A stretch of 64,000 nt of DNA from the human T2T-CHM13v2.0 reference genome, Homo sapiens. Shown here in pieces: positions 13,051-26,888 of this stretch. The notes under the pieces are model-generated. The model was not told where the DNA came from. It worked only from the letters and a program-made list of their open reading frames with translations, and searched no databases. The translations under genes were made by a program, and so were the position numbers. The stretch lies in NCBI RefSeq assembly GCF_009914755.1, contig NC_060937.1; one strand, written 5' to 3'. The first letter of the stretch is position 1, and every line of letters begins with the position of its first letter.

Positions 13051-13607
13051 CTAAATAATTAAAATAGACTGTCTGATAAAGACTGTAAAATAACATAAGC
13101 CCTTTTTTATGGGAATCTCAAATCATTATTACTCTACTACAGAAATCCAAAGAGCTGTATTGTCCTCACAGTGCTTTCATGTAATATGAATTTACTGAAT
13201 TTAACATTTATTCCTCTTGTCCTTACAGGTTAAAGGTAAACTAAAATTTATATTCCTAGTCTTTAAGACAGTGGTCTTACTCACCAACAAGAATATTTTG
13301 TTATGTCATTTATAAACAAGTCATTTTACGAATCAGACATTTGGGGAAGGGGTTAAATATTACGTAAGTGCAGAGCTCTTAGTTTCTCAATGTATGAATA
13401 ACAAAATCATTCCATGCCAAATCTCCATTATTGTATATTGGCAAATGTTAAGTTTGAATCATAAAGAAAAATCTCCCAATTATTCTAAATAGCTTGAATA
13501 AAATAATATAAATGTTATTTTTTAATATGCTCAAGCCTTCTAGAAAAATATTAGTGCACACATTGAAAGAAAGGTAGGAGAAAGAATCATATTAGATATT
13601 ATGTGTG

Positions 13608-13678
13608 GGGCTCAGATGGGAGGATTGCTTGAGGCCAGAAGTTTGAGACCAGCCTGGGCAACACAGTGAGACCCTGTC

Positions 13679-13714
<36 letters not shown>

Positions 13715-13868
13715 AGCCAGGCGTGGTGGTGTGCACCTGGAGTTCCAGCTCCTAGGATGCTGAGGTGGGAGGATGGCTCGAATGCAGGAGTCTGAGGCTA
13801 CAGTAAGCTATGACTGTGCCACTGCACTCCAGCCTGGATGACAGAGTGAGACCCTGTCTCTTAAAAGA
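13608..13868 (+). mobile_element. 5'-truncated AluJ with a ~31-nt pure A middle linker
   Basis: AluJ-type ggattgcttgaggcc; A run at 13682-13712; short tail. Confidence 0.88.
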
Positions 13869-14099
13869 AATTGAAATATACTTTTTGTTCCACATAAATT
13901 CTAACTTATCCATTTAATTTATATTTTCATTTACATATTACTTTTTTCTTAGAAATTCTGTGTATTTTCAATTTTTTTTTCCCACTAATGATGCAAAAGC
14001 AATGCAAGGAGGGAAAAAGGAAAAGTCATAATTTTTGGACATATAAATTTTGAAAGCAGAGGGCCTTGGGTGTTTTTTTTTTTTTTTTGGCCAAATTTA

Positions 14100-14250
14100 T
14101 TTGCTTTTATTTTTAGAGATAGGGTCTCACTCTTTCACTCAGGCTGGAGTGCAGTGGCATGATTATATCTCACTGTGACTTCTAACTCCTGGGCTCAAAC
14201 TTTCCTCCCCACCTCAGCCTCCAAAAGTGCTGAGACTACAGGCATAAGCT
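14100..14250 (-). mobile_element. Monomeric Alu (FRAM/FLAM-like)
   Basis: Single Alu arm flanked by tggccaaattta on both sides (14088-14099, 14250-14261). Confidence 0.8.
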
Positions 14251-14732
14251 GGCCAAATTTAAAATGCTCTTTTCCTTAAGAGATAGAGTGATGAGAATTT
14301 GGTTATTGGTTGAATGCGAAAGAATGCTGTTGAAGGTGGAAGAATGAGAGTTGTATGTAACTGCTAGCTTTTCTAGCAAGAAGAAATTCCTAGTTTTAAA
14401 CAAATATCAGCACATAATTTACAGGAATTCATTAACTACTCTTATTATGACTAATATAAGTATTTGTTTTAGTTCTCAAATGTAAAAAACTACTACTTTA
14501 GAGAGAAAACTTCCATGTCCTAAATAATAAATGGTACTTCTTACAATACCTTCAATTTTCCCCTGGAATTCTGACTTTTTGTTTTTAAAGATACTTTGCT
14601 TATATATCACAATCGTATCTTAAGCACCGTAATGAAGATAATAAACATGAGCAACATGAATTAATCTCTATATTAAGATAGAAGTGTAAAAAATGTTTGC
14701 GTATTACTAAAAATAGTAGTTAACCTTATTAC

Positions 14733-14915
14733 CTGGTCAGCATCAACAAAAATGATTTTGTCCACTGCTAGTGGGAAAAGAACATCAAGGAAAAGAATTT
14801 TGTAACCCCAAATAATCCTCTGTCTTTCAGTCTGTTGACGAAGCCAACGGGGCCACCTATATTGAACTAGTTCATATCGGAATCCATACTCTTTAGCCAT
14901 GTGAGGAATTACTTC
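14733..14915 (-). CDS. UGGT2: UGGT2 coding exon (probably 34), GT24 with DxD motif: [61 protein letters not shown]
   Basis: ttttAG acceptor, CAG|GTAATA donor, 183 nt, phase 0 to 0. Overlaps track ORF 14673-14900. Confidence 0.98.
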
Positions 14916-16714
14916 CTAAAAACACACACACAAAATCAAACAATATGTTCAAGAGAAAGTAGTTTTGTTTTAGAGAAAAAAATAACATTAAAAAGGTAAA
15001 GCTTCCTATAAATTGTTATAAACTAATAGGCAAGATGTCTAAATACTACTTCTATAACATACTTATTAATGAGAAATATTAAAATGCTAACAAATATGAA
15101 ATCACAAGTATAAATAAAACTATATAATTTAACGTCATTAAAAATAAGTGCACTATATTATTTAACAAACTTATTAATGGAAGATAAATGTTCCCATACT
15201 TTTATTGTTAACATCTGACTTGAGAAAACTGACTTAAAAAAAAGCCTCTGGATCTTGGAACACCTACATATCAAATAGTTCATGTATATGTCAACAGGTT
15301 GGTTGGTCAGAGATGTAAAGATGAAGAGAGGATACAAAAAACACAAAATAAGTTCTAAGCTGATAAATTAGATTCTATACAGGAGCTTCATGTTTGAGAT
15401 ATATCATTATTTAATTCAAGGATTAAAAATACAAAGTAGTGATTATGGTCTGAATATTTCATATTTGAGTATCTTATAGGCTTAGAAGTAGCTTATTCCC
15501 TGTTTAAAGCAGAAGCAGTTAATGAAATATACTGTGGGCTAAATTTAGTTCAAGAGCTCAAATACTGAGAGAGAAAATGAAAAAGGAATTGGAAAAGATG
15601 AATTAATAAATATAGAATTTGCGTTTTACCACTTGATTCTTACTTGAAACTAGTTTCTGGTTATATGTTTAATTTTTTTCTCTGACTTTGTAAGAACAAT
15701 GTAGATTTAAAATACTTTTTTTTAAATGCAAGAAGCACCAATTTTATCTGTGAAATCTTGAAATTAGGGGTACAACAGCTGCCAGGAGTCATTGTTTTGG
15801 TTTCAAAATAAAATAAAATAAAACATTCAGATAAAATAAAAAGAATATTTTTTCTTCATTAAATATGTGTCCAAATATTCACTGAAACGGGCACTGTTCT
15901 AGGATCTAAGGGTACATTAGTGAACAAAAGAAATACAAATTATGACCTTCATGAGGCTTGTATTTTAGAGGAAGTAGGTAGAAATAAACTATTATCTACA
16001 GAAAAAAGTGCTATGAAGAAAAATTAAAAGGGAGAGGGAATTATAGTTTGTATAGTGCTGTCAGAAAATAATTATGTGTAAGTATGTATAATTTTAGCAA
16101 ATATTTGAATGAAGAGAGGAGGTTTGACTTTTCTAAACTGGTAGGAACAAATCTAAAGTAGCTAGCGGCTTCTGTATCTGGCTGCTGATTTACACAGATG
16201 TTTGAGTTTGTAAAAATCCAAAGCTAAATTTCATGATTTGTGCACTTTTCTGAGTATATGTTATATTTCACTAAGAAGTTTTCAAAAGAAAAATTTTGAA
16301 TGAAAGAAACACATCACAAAAAGAAGGAAAATACTACTTCAGATACAGTATTTCTTTTGGCCATGCAGTGGAACAAGACTTTCTAATCCAGACATAGCAC
16401 TATTGTTCTGGTGAATAATATCTTTTCCTGCTAAGAGAATCTTTAGATTTTTCTATCTCAGTTTATTTGGGTTAAATACTCCCTTATTCAGTGTCTGACT
16501 ACTAGGAAAGCATGTTAAAAAATTAGTAGAAAAATAGTATAACTTCTTATCTATATTTATAGGTTCTTTTTCTGTTTTTTTTTTTTTTTCCTACTGTCAA
16601 ATGAGCATAGGAGGAGACACTGTTGGTGGTGGAGGGCAAATGGGCTGTTACATAAGGTTAAGCACCTGAGGTCTGAATGCCTGGGTTCAAATCTCAGCTG
16701 TGTTTCTAATTAGC

Positions 16715-17349
16715 TGTTTCATATCAGGCCTATGCTATAAAGGATGATTCTTGCTCAAAGAAAAGTATGGCCCTTCACCCGATCTCCCAGGAAATATCCC
16801 CTACCCTGGCCCTTCACCCTATCTCCCAGGAAATATCCTCTACCCTTGGAATTTCCTGACTAATAAGAATGTCTACGTTTACCTGCAGATCTCGGACCAC
16901 ACTAGATATTGTATGCTAATGATGTTATTTGTAGTGAGGACCTTGGGCCACAAAGCATCAGTTCAACATCTGAAGGGGTTAGAGGTTAAGGTTAGTCATG
17001 CAGGCCGTTAGCCAAGTCCACACAGCTGACCCTCAATAAAAACTCTGTACCACAAAGTTTGAATGAGCTTCCCTGGTTGGCAATACTCCACGAGTACCCT
17101 CACACACTGTTGCTGGAAGAAATAAGTGCTATCCACTGTAACGGGATTCTACTGGGAGAGGACAACTGTTAACTTTGTGTCTGGTCTCCCCGGACCCTAC
17201 CCTAAGCATCTCTTCCTTTTGCTGATTTTATTTGTGTCCTTTTGCTATAAAAACTGTAACTGTGAGCACAGCTGTTTTTTGGAGTTATATAAATCCTTAT
17301 AGTAAGTTATTGAATCTAAAAGTGGTCTCAGGTACCTCTCAACTGTGCA
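16715..17349 (+). mobile_element. ERVL-class LTR (MER77/MER21 group) inserted into a MIR
   Basis: gagcttccctggttggcaatactcc and actgggagaggacaactg motifs; TG...CA ends; MIR halves at ~16640-16714 and ~17350-17480. Confidence 0.65.
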
Positions 17350-18165
17350 AGCTAGTTACGTAACTTTTGAATCTTGGTTTTCTTATCATGTGGGATTGTT
17401 ATGAAAAACAATTGAATAACGTCAGTTAAACACTTGGCATCATGCCTAGAAATATTAAGGAATAAAAGCATGCTTGGCTAGTTTTACTTCTGTTTTCCCA
17501 CTGCTTTTGGTCTAGAAAAAACAAACTCATTTGAAATGCTGTTGAATGAGACACCAAATTGCTGCGGAGACACTAAATTTCACGGAATTTGATTATGCTG
17601 TAGGGAGAATAGGAAGAAACAGAGTATACTTTGTAGCAGGAGTATAGGGCTGAGTAAAGGGTAATAGCTGTTGATCACCTGAAATCTTCTAAATATAAAA
17701 TGCCTCAGATCATGGTGCCCAGCAATCAATACACTACACAGACGAAAGAGCTTTTTTGTTTCAGTACTGTAAAACTATTTTCTACGGTATAGGTATAGTC
17801 TTTGTATTTTCTTGATACTACTACTGTTTCTGCCTATCTTTGCAAAAATGACAGAATCCATTTCTTTTAATTGAAAATCTGTATATATTTTCCATTGCCA
17901 AATTGTATTTAATTACTCATTATCATGAAAAACTACTAGCCATTCTGATTTTGATTTTACTTAAAAATATACAGTCTTCTGTCCTCTCCTTTGAACATCT
18001 CTAAATAAAAATTGTACAGAATTTTTCTTAAGCTACATAAAAATACTAAATACCATTTTTTCAAAAAGCTTATTCTGAAAAGAGAAATATCATATAAACT
18101 TACAATGATACAAATAATTTACTATTCAAACATTAACCATTCTACAAAAAAAGCTATGTACTTAC

Positions 18166-18250
18166 TTTAAATGTCGGTGAGAGATAATTTTTTAGCAACC
18201 AGAATTTCACTGGTGTTTTGGTGTTACGCAAAACAGAAAGCATCATAATT
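18166..18250 (-). CDS. UGGT2: UGGT2 coding exon (probably 33): (R)[28 protein letters not shown]
   Basis: atacAG acceptor, AAA|GTAAGT donor, 85 nt, phase 2 to 0. Confidence 0.97.
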
Positions 18251-18339
18251 CTGTATAAAAGAATATTAAACCCAATATACATTAACAGTAACAGGAGCTC
18301 ATATATATTTTTTAACCTTGAAGTGTTTTTTAAAATTTA

Positions 18340-18410
18340 ATTTTAATTTCTTAAATTTTACTTTAAGTTCTGGGATACATGTGCAGAACATACAGGTTTG
18401 TTACATAGGT
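18340..18410 (-). mobile_element. Very short L1PA 3'-end fragment
   Basis: tactttaagttctgggatacatgtgcagaacatacaggtttgttacataggt. Confidence 0.75.
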
Positions 18411-19362
18411 CTTTTAAAGGCTTTTAAATAATTGAAGGTATGAATTAGAAGGTTTTCACAATGAAATGTGAAGAAATAAACTAAAATATGGTTTATCAAG
18501 TATGTAATGTGTAAGGATGAATACATATACATCATGGTAGCTTCACCTGGGCCCAGCTGTCCATGACTGTGTGATTAATATTAAGTCTACAAACCCTGAA
18601 GAGCTGAATGATCTATCTATATTGACAAATTCACTGGATGGGTCATTTGGTTTGCTAACCTAAACCTCCAAATGGAAAGGATACAAATGAATCTGAAGTT
18701 CCATTTTAACGTATCAGTGCTACAATTCAAATATTTTTGAGTTATTCTCTGTGACCTTTCTATATAAACTGTTTAAAAATAGCCTTTTGTACTTTGCAAT
18801 ATGCATTTCTCCCCTCATTCCCTTCCTTTTTATAAAACAAGGTTTTCTTCACTGGAAAAGGATAATTTACTATAGTAAATTATATATATATAAATATTGT
18901 ATATATAAAGTACTGTAAATATATATATTGTGAGTATATCTATATATATATATTCTTACCTATCCAAAATGTCTATTTGCTAGCCTTGAAGAAAACCAAT
19001 ATTCCAAATCAAGCCAAACTCATGAAATTTCATATTTATATATACTTACCTCATAATTTTAAGTAAAAAAAAAAAGCAAGGTGTAAAGTAGTATGTTCTT
19101 TACTATTTGGGTAAAAGGACTTAAACAACTGAAATAAATAAATAAATATACACATATATATTTACGTGTGTGTGTGTGTATGTATCTCCTTAGCAGGATA
19201 TAAAAATAATATTATGGGTTTCCTGTGAGAAAAGGAACTGAGTATCAAGGAAACAGAGGTGGGAGTTTTTTTTTTCCCAGTGTATATTCCTTTATTTTTT
19301 TTTGAAATTTGAACCATGTAAATATTTCTTTTTCAAAATATAAGGTTAAAAAATATACCTAC

Positions 19363-19458
19363 CTTAAAAAACGTTCATATAAATGACCAGAAGCAACTGA
19401 AAAAATGTTTAGGACATCTTTTTCCTTTTTGTTTTCTTTATGCAAGCTTACTGTGAAA
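19363..19458 (-). CDS. UGGT2: UGGT2 coding exon (probably 32), start of GT24: (S)FTVSLHKENKKEKDVLNIFSVASGHLYERFL(R)
   Basis: ttccaAG acceptor, AAG|GTAGGT donor, 96 nt, phase 2 to 2. Conserved NIFSVASGHLYER motif. Confidence 0.97.
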
Positions 19459-21445
19459 CTTGGAATAAAAAAGTAATTGACATTTCTTAAACATACATAT
19501 GGAAACACTGTATGCCTAAATAGTAAATATAAGCAATCAATATAGAAATGTATTTCAAAATAGTTAAGCTATAAACACTCTATAATATTTACAAACTAAT
19601 ATTAAAATATTTGACAATATCATTTGAAGCTTTATGAGTTTTTTTTTAAATTTGTAATGTGGAATATAACTATATTGTCTTTAGGTGAATGGGCTGGTAT
19701 TTTTGAATTTTTGTGAGTTGCCAAAGGTTGTTTTCAGAACAAAGAATGAATTACAGCTTGACATGGCCATATCTAGTGTACTGAAAGTTTAAACAGGTCA
19801 ATGAGGGAAGGAACAGAATGCTTAAGTGTGGAACTACGGCACAGCAAGAATTTATGTGGTAACAGGGTAGGTGTGTGAGTGCTGCTGATGGGGCTCATCC
19901 AGGCTAAAATATTTTTAAACCATCTACAATTTGGAGCTCCTCTGACCAAGCAGATTTTCTCCACCACGCAGGGTATGGAGTATGCTCTTGGTACTCTGGA
20001 TGACTTCCATGACAAAGAAAGCACTAGGGAACCATGTCTACTTACTGGTTTACATCATGGTAGCGTCATCTGGGCCCAGCTGTCATTTTCATTACATTTT
20101 TGGAGCTAGACCAACTCCATTTCATTTTTGTATAGGCCCATTTCATATATAAAAATGACTGAATCTTCTATTTACAGTATTCATAATGTATAAATTCATC
20201 TTTTTCTTCCTAAACATTTATTTCAAAATACTTTTATATAAACAGATATTTAGAATGAATAAAATTGGGTAAACAACTTAAATCACCATCAAAGTTATTT
20301 TGCAAAATATAAATTGTTATGACAGAAGTATTTTTCAAATCTTGTAATCTCCCAAATAAGAAAAGAAGTTGATTCAGTGGCAAGAAAAAATAATCATTCT
20401 AAGTTAGGACTAAAACTAAGATGAAAAAAGTCAAAGCATCATAAGACACACAACACTACGTATCTGGAGCAGTTAACGTCCCAAAAACTTACCATCTCCG
20501 TTTCTAACAAAGCATTTTGTTTTTGGTATCCTTTTAATATAGCAAGTGGCTATACCATAATTGAACAGTTATCCTTAATCATTCTTATCTATACCTTCTA
20601 ACTTTAATGGAAGCTTTTAGTAAGATACTCTTAAAATTGCTCAGATTCTATTTCATTATCCCCTGTCAAACATACCTACCCTCCAAATCATCTCAATGAG
20701 TGGACTTGATCCTTTCTCTATCAGTAACTTGTTCAAAGCACACACTGTACAGTAACATGATTTTTCTTACCAAACAAGGAGTCAACTATAGAAAAAGAGG
20801 CTTAAACTGGGCAAAATCCAAAATGATAGAAGTGCTTTTGACTACTATAACCAAATATATTTAAGTTGTTGAATCTATTTGGGCTAACATTTCTATTTCT
20901 TATCTTTGATCAAAATGATTAATGGTTTTCCATCATAGCTCACATTGGGTTCAAATCTCTAAAATGGACATTCAAAGTTCTTTACAATGTGCATCTACAG
21001 GAGACAGCTTTTGTTTTTGCTCACCTAACATCTGTTCCCCTTCTAGTAACAACCTGGTATTTTGGGGGGAATCATTCCTCCTCCCATCTCATTCTATGAG
21101 GTTTAGGTGGGACAGGGCTTCCCACCAGTTCTAGAAGTAGGTATATGACTCATGCTGGGTTATCAGAGTCACAGAAATCAGTTCAGTTTGGGACACACAG
21201 CTATAGTTGGACCCATGAGTCAGCCTTGGAACTTTTATTGGTACTGTTTGGAAAGAGGCAACTTCCTTCCACTGGAAACAGTAAACTTTTACTTACAAAA
21301 GTCTATCTTAAAATGGAGGAGACACAGAAAACAGTAGACCTAAGAGATGGAGAAAGATTGTTTCCACACCACATCACCCAGTGGCCAACACCAGGTGTAC
21401 TCCTGGATTCTTTAGATATCTGAGACAATATATTCCTTATGTATG

Positions 21446-21737
21446 TTTCTTTTTCGAGACAGGGTCTCACTCTGTCACCCAGGCTGGAGTGCAGCGTTGC
21501 AATCTTGACTTACTGCAGCTTTGACCTCCCAGACTCAAGCAATCCTCCCACCTCAGTCTTCTGAGTAACTGGAACTACAGATACATGCCATCACAACAGG
21601 CTAATTTTTAAATTTTTTGTAGATACAGGGTCTCACTATGTTGCCCAGGCTAGTTTTGAACTCCTGGGCTCAAGCAATCCTCCTGCCATCACCTCTCAAA
21701 GTGCTAGGATTACAGGTGTGAGCCACCATGCCTGGCC
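21446..21737 (-). mobile_element. AluJ
   Basis: Reverse dimer with AluJ-type ctcctgggctcaagcaatcctcc. Confidence 0.9.
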
Positions 21738-22203
21738 TGTGTTCCTTTTTAAACTAACAATAAAACAGTATAGGTATCAATCTAACATAAACAGTCCCTT
21801 TTATTTTCAAGTTGCAGCTAGCTAGGCTACTTTCTTTTCTTTGAGGAACATACCCAATCATTTTGTCTTCATGTAATTGCCTTCACTCAATCTTTAACTT
21901 TTGAAATCCTGTCTGTCCTTTAAAACAGATCTTTGCCACACACTTCTTCAAGGAGTATTTCCCAAGGTTCCTTGTAAGTGGATATATAATTTTTCTCCAT
22001 TGGTTTGTATAGTATTTTATTTTCATCTGTCTTATAGCTCTAGTTTCCTATCTTGTACACAGTAGTAACATTTATGTATTTATCTTATCCCTCCTAGATT
22101 AGAGGACCTTTGCCTTACTTAAATTTTCACTACCTGTGGAACTTCCACATACTAGACTTCTGGATCAATCTAGTGATGTATTAAAATATTCATTAGTAAT
22201 TAC

Positions 22204-22289
22204 CTTTTAATGGAATCCCACAGTCCTTTTGTTTTTTCATCTTCATCGGTAAGGATATCTTCCTTAATTTTGTCTGTTTCTTTTTTCAC
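22204..22289 (-). CDS. UGGT2: UGGT2 coding exon (probably 31), acidic linker: VKKETDKIKEDILTDEDEKTKGLWDSIK(S)
   Basis: atctAG acceptor, AAG|GTAATT donor, 86 nt, phase 0 to 2. Confidence 0.95.
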
Positions 22290-23873
22290 CTAGATAGCAT
22301 GGCAAAAAAGATTAGAATTTGGCTGCTTTAAATATTGTGCTGTATGGTTAGAAAGTGAAACATATTGGGCGAGATTACCCATAGAAATCTAAGATTGACA
22401 GTTGCAGTAACCAAAGACAGGCAATATCTTAGCACAATGTTGTAAACAATCTGGTCTTTAACTATCAATTCAACCTCTTTGTTCAGTTTCTTCAGTGGTT
22501 ACCTCCATATTGCTAAATAATGTGCTTACCCTTGTGTTTACTAATTTATCAGCTTTAGGCATTATCTACTAGTATTTCTGAATTCAGAGTTTAGACATTA
22601 TACACTCTTTGTGATGACAGATGAATAGCTCACTTATCGTTATCCCTTCCCTTTCCCTATTTGTCTGGAAATTTTGGTAGTAATGTGTTTATCTTCGGTT
22701 CTTCTATTGAGTATTTTTTGTCACTTTAAATAATATTTAAATCTCTTATTTTTTTATTCCCACAATCCCAACAGTTTCTCTTGTATAATCTGTTTATAAG
22801 GACACTACTATTTCTATGATTTCCTTCTACCTCCCAACTTATATTAAACCTTGACTTTAGCATTTGTAAATATTGATAACATTTACATTTAGTTCAGTAG
22901 ACATAATTGTTGCATTTTGCTATGGTGATTCTAAAACTTGAAAATCAGTAAAAAGTTTTCATTATGACAATGTAAAGATTAACCACTGAAGAGTCGGAAA
23001 AGCTACTAAAACTCTATTTCCTCTGTACAGTTATAGTTTTAGCATAGTACAGCATAGTTATAGTTTCCTCCTATGGCCACTGTGCCACTCCTAGGAGACT
23101 CTTGCTGGGTTAGATGAATTCTCCTTTCTTACATTCCACCAGCAGAGAACTATTTTTTCCTGGAATTCCATTGTCCTTCTTTTTTCTTGTGGGGAGATAT
23201 ACAAATATGTCTTCTTTATCACAGACATAATCTTTTCCAGTTTATTACTCATGTTATCTAATTGTCTAGGATTCTTGTCTACCTGAAGACATTTTTCTTA
23301 AAGTTCAACAATTAACTGTTTCTTTCTAGATTTTCTTTACATTGGTTTACAGATTAGTTTCACCATTTCTTGAACTACCTATCTTCTTTCTTGATCTTGA
23401 TCTTCATTGTACTGGCAAACATCTCCAAGAAAGGGTATGAAAAATAATTTTTCTAAATCTTCACACTTCAGAAACTAACATTTTACCTTCACATTTGATT
23501 AAGAATTTGGCTAGATACAGAATCTTGGGTTCAAAATAATTTTCCTCAAAATACTGAAAGCTTTGTTTTGCTGTCTTTTAACATCTAAGTATTTTGAAAA
23601 TGAAATTCTGATGTTAGTGTTGTCATTCTATTGCAGTGACCCACTTTTCCTTCTTAGTAGCTATTATAATCTTATATGGGCCATTTTCATTCATCCTACT
23701 TCGTAATTTGTGGACTCTTTTGACATGAACATTTTTCTCTCTCAGCTTTACAACACTTTCCCTCCTCCATCTTCTCTGTTGTTTCTGGAATTCCTCTTAA
23801 TAGGCTATTGGATTTCATGGGCTGATCCTCTATGTTGCTTATCTTTTCTCCTCCCTGTTTTTCTATCTTTTTA

Positions 23874-24258
<385 letters not shown>

Positions 24259-24419
24259 CTACTGAAATACCTAGGGTATGGGTAGGCTGTAGAATATTTC
24301 TAATTGGTTTCTTTCATAATTCATAAAAATTCTTAGCCATTATTGCTTCAAATGTTACTTGTACCCCATTCTTTAATTATCTTTGAAATTCCATTTAGTT
24401 TACTTTTATTTATCCAACA

Positions 24420-24605
24420 AATACTCATAAAGTGCTTTATCTTATCTTCATAACAGTCCTGTAAGGTATATTCTATTGTTAACCCCATTTTACAGATGAG
24501 GAAATGAGACAGAAAGAGATTAAGTAATCCGTCCAAGGTCACACAGCTAGTGAGTGGCAAAGCCAGTTTTAAATCCACTGCTGGTAATCTTAGACTTTCA
24601 CACTA
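24420..24605 (-). mobile_element. MIR, followed by a (TG)n microsatellite at ~24608-24626
   Basis: ccccattttacagatgaggaaatgagac...ccaaggtcacacagctagtgagtggc. Confidence 0.85.
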
Positions 24606-25913
24606 GCGTGTGTGTGTGTGTGTGTGTTAATGCTCTCTTCTATATTTTCTTTTTTTCCTGTCTCTATTGCATTTGGTATACTTTTTCTGGCCTATCTCCC
24701 CCAACTTGCTAATTTTCTCTGAAGGCATGTTAAAGCTATCTACTATTAATTTTGGTATTGTATTACTCAGTTTCCAAAGTTCTACTTTAAAAAAATCTGA
24801 TATGCATGTTTTACAGTTTCATGTTCCCAGCAATTATTTTTAAACTCATCTTTAATTTCTTTAAAAAAAGTACAGCTATTTCAGAGGCTATTCTAATAAT
24901 TTTAATATCTTGGGTCTTTGTGTATCAGTTTTCTGTTTCTGCTGGTTTTGTGTATTTGGTTAACTTTGACTATGAGTTGGCCTTCATACTAGAAAAATTT
25001 GATTTGCAGCTTAGGCTATTGTAATCTTATTCCAGAGATTTATGGATGTCTCTTCCAGATACCGCTATATCCTATCCATCTGGAAGAATATTAGTACCAA
25101 TTCAAGGTTCAGGATTCCCTGGCCTACTTGGCTGACACAAATTTGGGCTAAAAGACTATGAGGAATAATTTTTTATGTTTCATCCTTAGCCTGAAAATAG
25201 AGCTAGTTTATTGTAGAGGGTCTTCTAATAGATTATTTTATGTGGGTCCTGGGTTCTAATTTTTGTCCCCTAACCCATCAAATTAAATAAAAATGGCAGT
25301 TAAAAGTGTGACAGGACAGAAAAATGTTCCCAGGACAATAGTAGCTTCCTTGGGTCAAGAGAAGTTTCTGTGCTTGCTTATTTCACTAGGCTCGCATTTT
25401 CCCTTTAATTTTGGTTTTGGGTTTCCTTATTATCCTTATTATCTTATTATTCTCCGTTCCTCATTGCTTTTAAAATTTTTTTAAATTTTTATCTAATATT
25501 TTCACTAGTTTTAAGCAGGAGGGTTGGTCCAAAAAGAATCTGCTATCATTAAAAACTCCCTTTCTCTCCCAATTTAAAAAACAGCACCTTCTCTTTTTAG
25601 AGCTAATTTTTCAGTGCATGTTCTTGATCTCATCTCTAGAGTCCAATTTGTAATGTTATTTGGCTACAGATAGATTTAGTAGATATATTTACAGTTATCA
25701 TAATGTAAAAAAAAATCCTTCTCTTCTATCTTCAAGTTCTGTTTTCCTTTGTGAACTTAATCCTCTTCTTTTTTTACTGCTGGAGTTCAAATATAACATT
25801 TTAGGTTGTAAAATTGTAAAGTTAATTGTAAAATAAATCAATTAATTAAAAAACAAAGAAGATAATTCTTAATATTAAGAACAAAGCCTATAAAAAGTTC
25901 TGCCCCCACATAC

Positions 25914-25998
25914 TTTTACTTTGAGTATCTTGCTTTTGAAGCTGTTTAATACAACAATGATATCTTCTAGGTCTGCTTGAGAGTCAGTTCCTTCATGC
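25914..25998 (-). CDS. UGGT2: UGGT2 coding exon (probably 30): (G)HEGTDSQADLEDIIVVLNSFKSKILKVK
   Basis: cttttAG acceptor, AAA|GTATGT donor, 85 nt, phase 2 to 0. Confidence 0.96.
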
Positions 25999-26888
25999 CT
26001 AAAAGTAGAAAAATGTGTCCATAATTAATTTAAGAATAGACATACAATTATGATGGCATAACAGAATAAACTCATTTTGCAATAAACGTAAGTCCAATAA
26101 CACTAGTGCATATATCATGTTTTTCTGTTTCTATAGTCAATTAAGATATACTATAATATGCTGTAATTTTCAAAATTATCCAATAAATTTTAACTCAGTA
26201 CACATTAAAATTGTACAAAAGTAACTCATTAAATTCAATACTACCCAATCACTCTGAAAGTTCAAATTATGGCTTATCTTTGCTGTTATATACCAAGGCT
26301 ATCACACAACTAAAATCTTTCACATCCCTGATATATTGTAGTGATAATTACAATTTTTTACACTTCAAAGTTGTTTATATTTCAAAGGAGTTCTACACTA
26401 TCCAACTTTTTAATATCCACCAGCCATTTTCAAATGCCAAAATTTGAAGTACATTGTTAAAATAATGAGACTGAAAATGTGTCTATGATGTCCATCTGCA
26501 TCACCTGAATGTTTCCATTTTGTATTATGTATAATGCAGTTTTTTTCTCCCATTTTCAAAATTGCTTAAACAAATATGGCAACTGTGCTCCGTAATTATT
26601 TTTTCAAACTATTCTCACTATGGACTAAAAAGTTCTATCATATTTACAATAAAGTTGAATTTTGTTGAAGGGGAAGCAATCAGATGTCAAATTAGTATAG
26701 TTACTTTTGAGTTGTTATATATAATACATACTTTTAACATTTTTCCAAAATGAACACCTGGGGAGTCTAGCACTATCATGACTGACACGTCTTTGACTTT
26801 CTCTTACTCCCAATTCCTGAGCTGAGGTGGTTAAACCAATGTAGCAGGCAGAACTCTGTCCAACAATCACCACTAGAAAACAGAAAGA

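Noticed and set aside
14673-14900. Track ORFs at 14673, 59269 and 61409 as stand-alone small proteins
   Set aside because: Each is a UGGT2 exon with read-through into intron; the true limits are the splice sites.
18870-19185. (TA)n/(TG)n low-complexity tracts
   Set aside because: Ordinary degenerate microsatellites.
20486-20495. Isolated strong donor-like motifs (also ~37785, ~52922)
   Set aside because: No convincing paired acceptor; expected by chance in long AT-rich introns.
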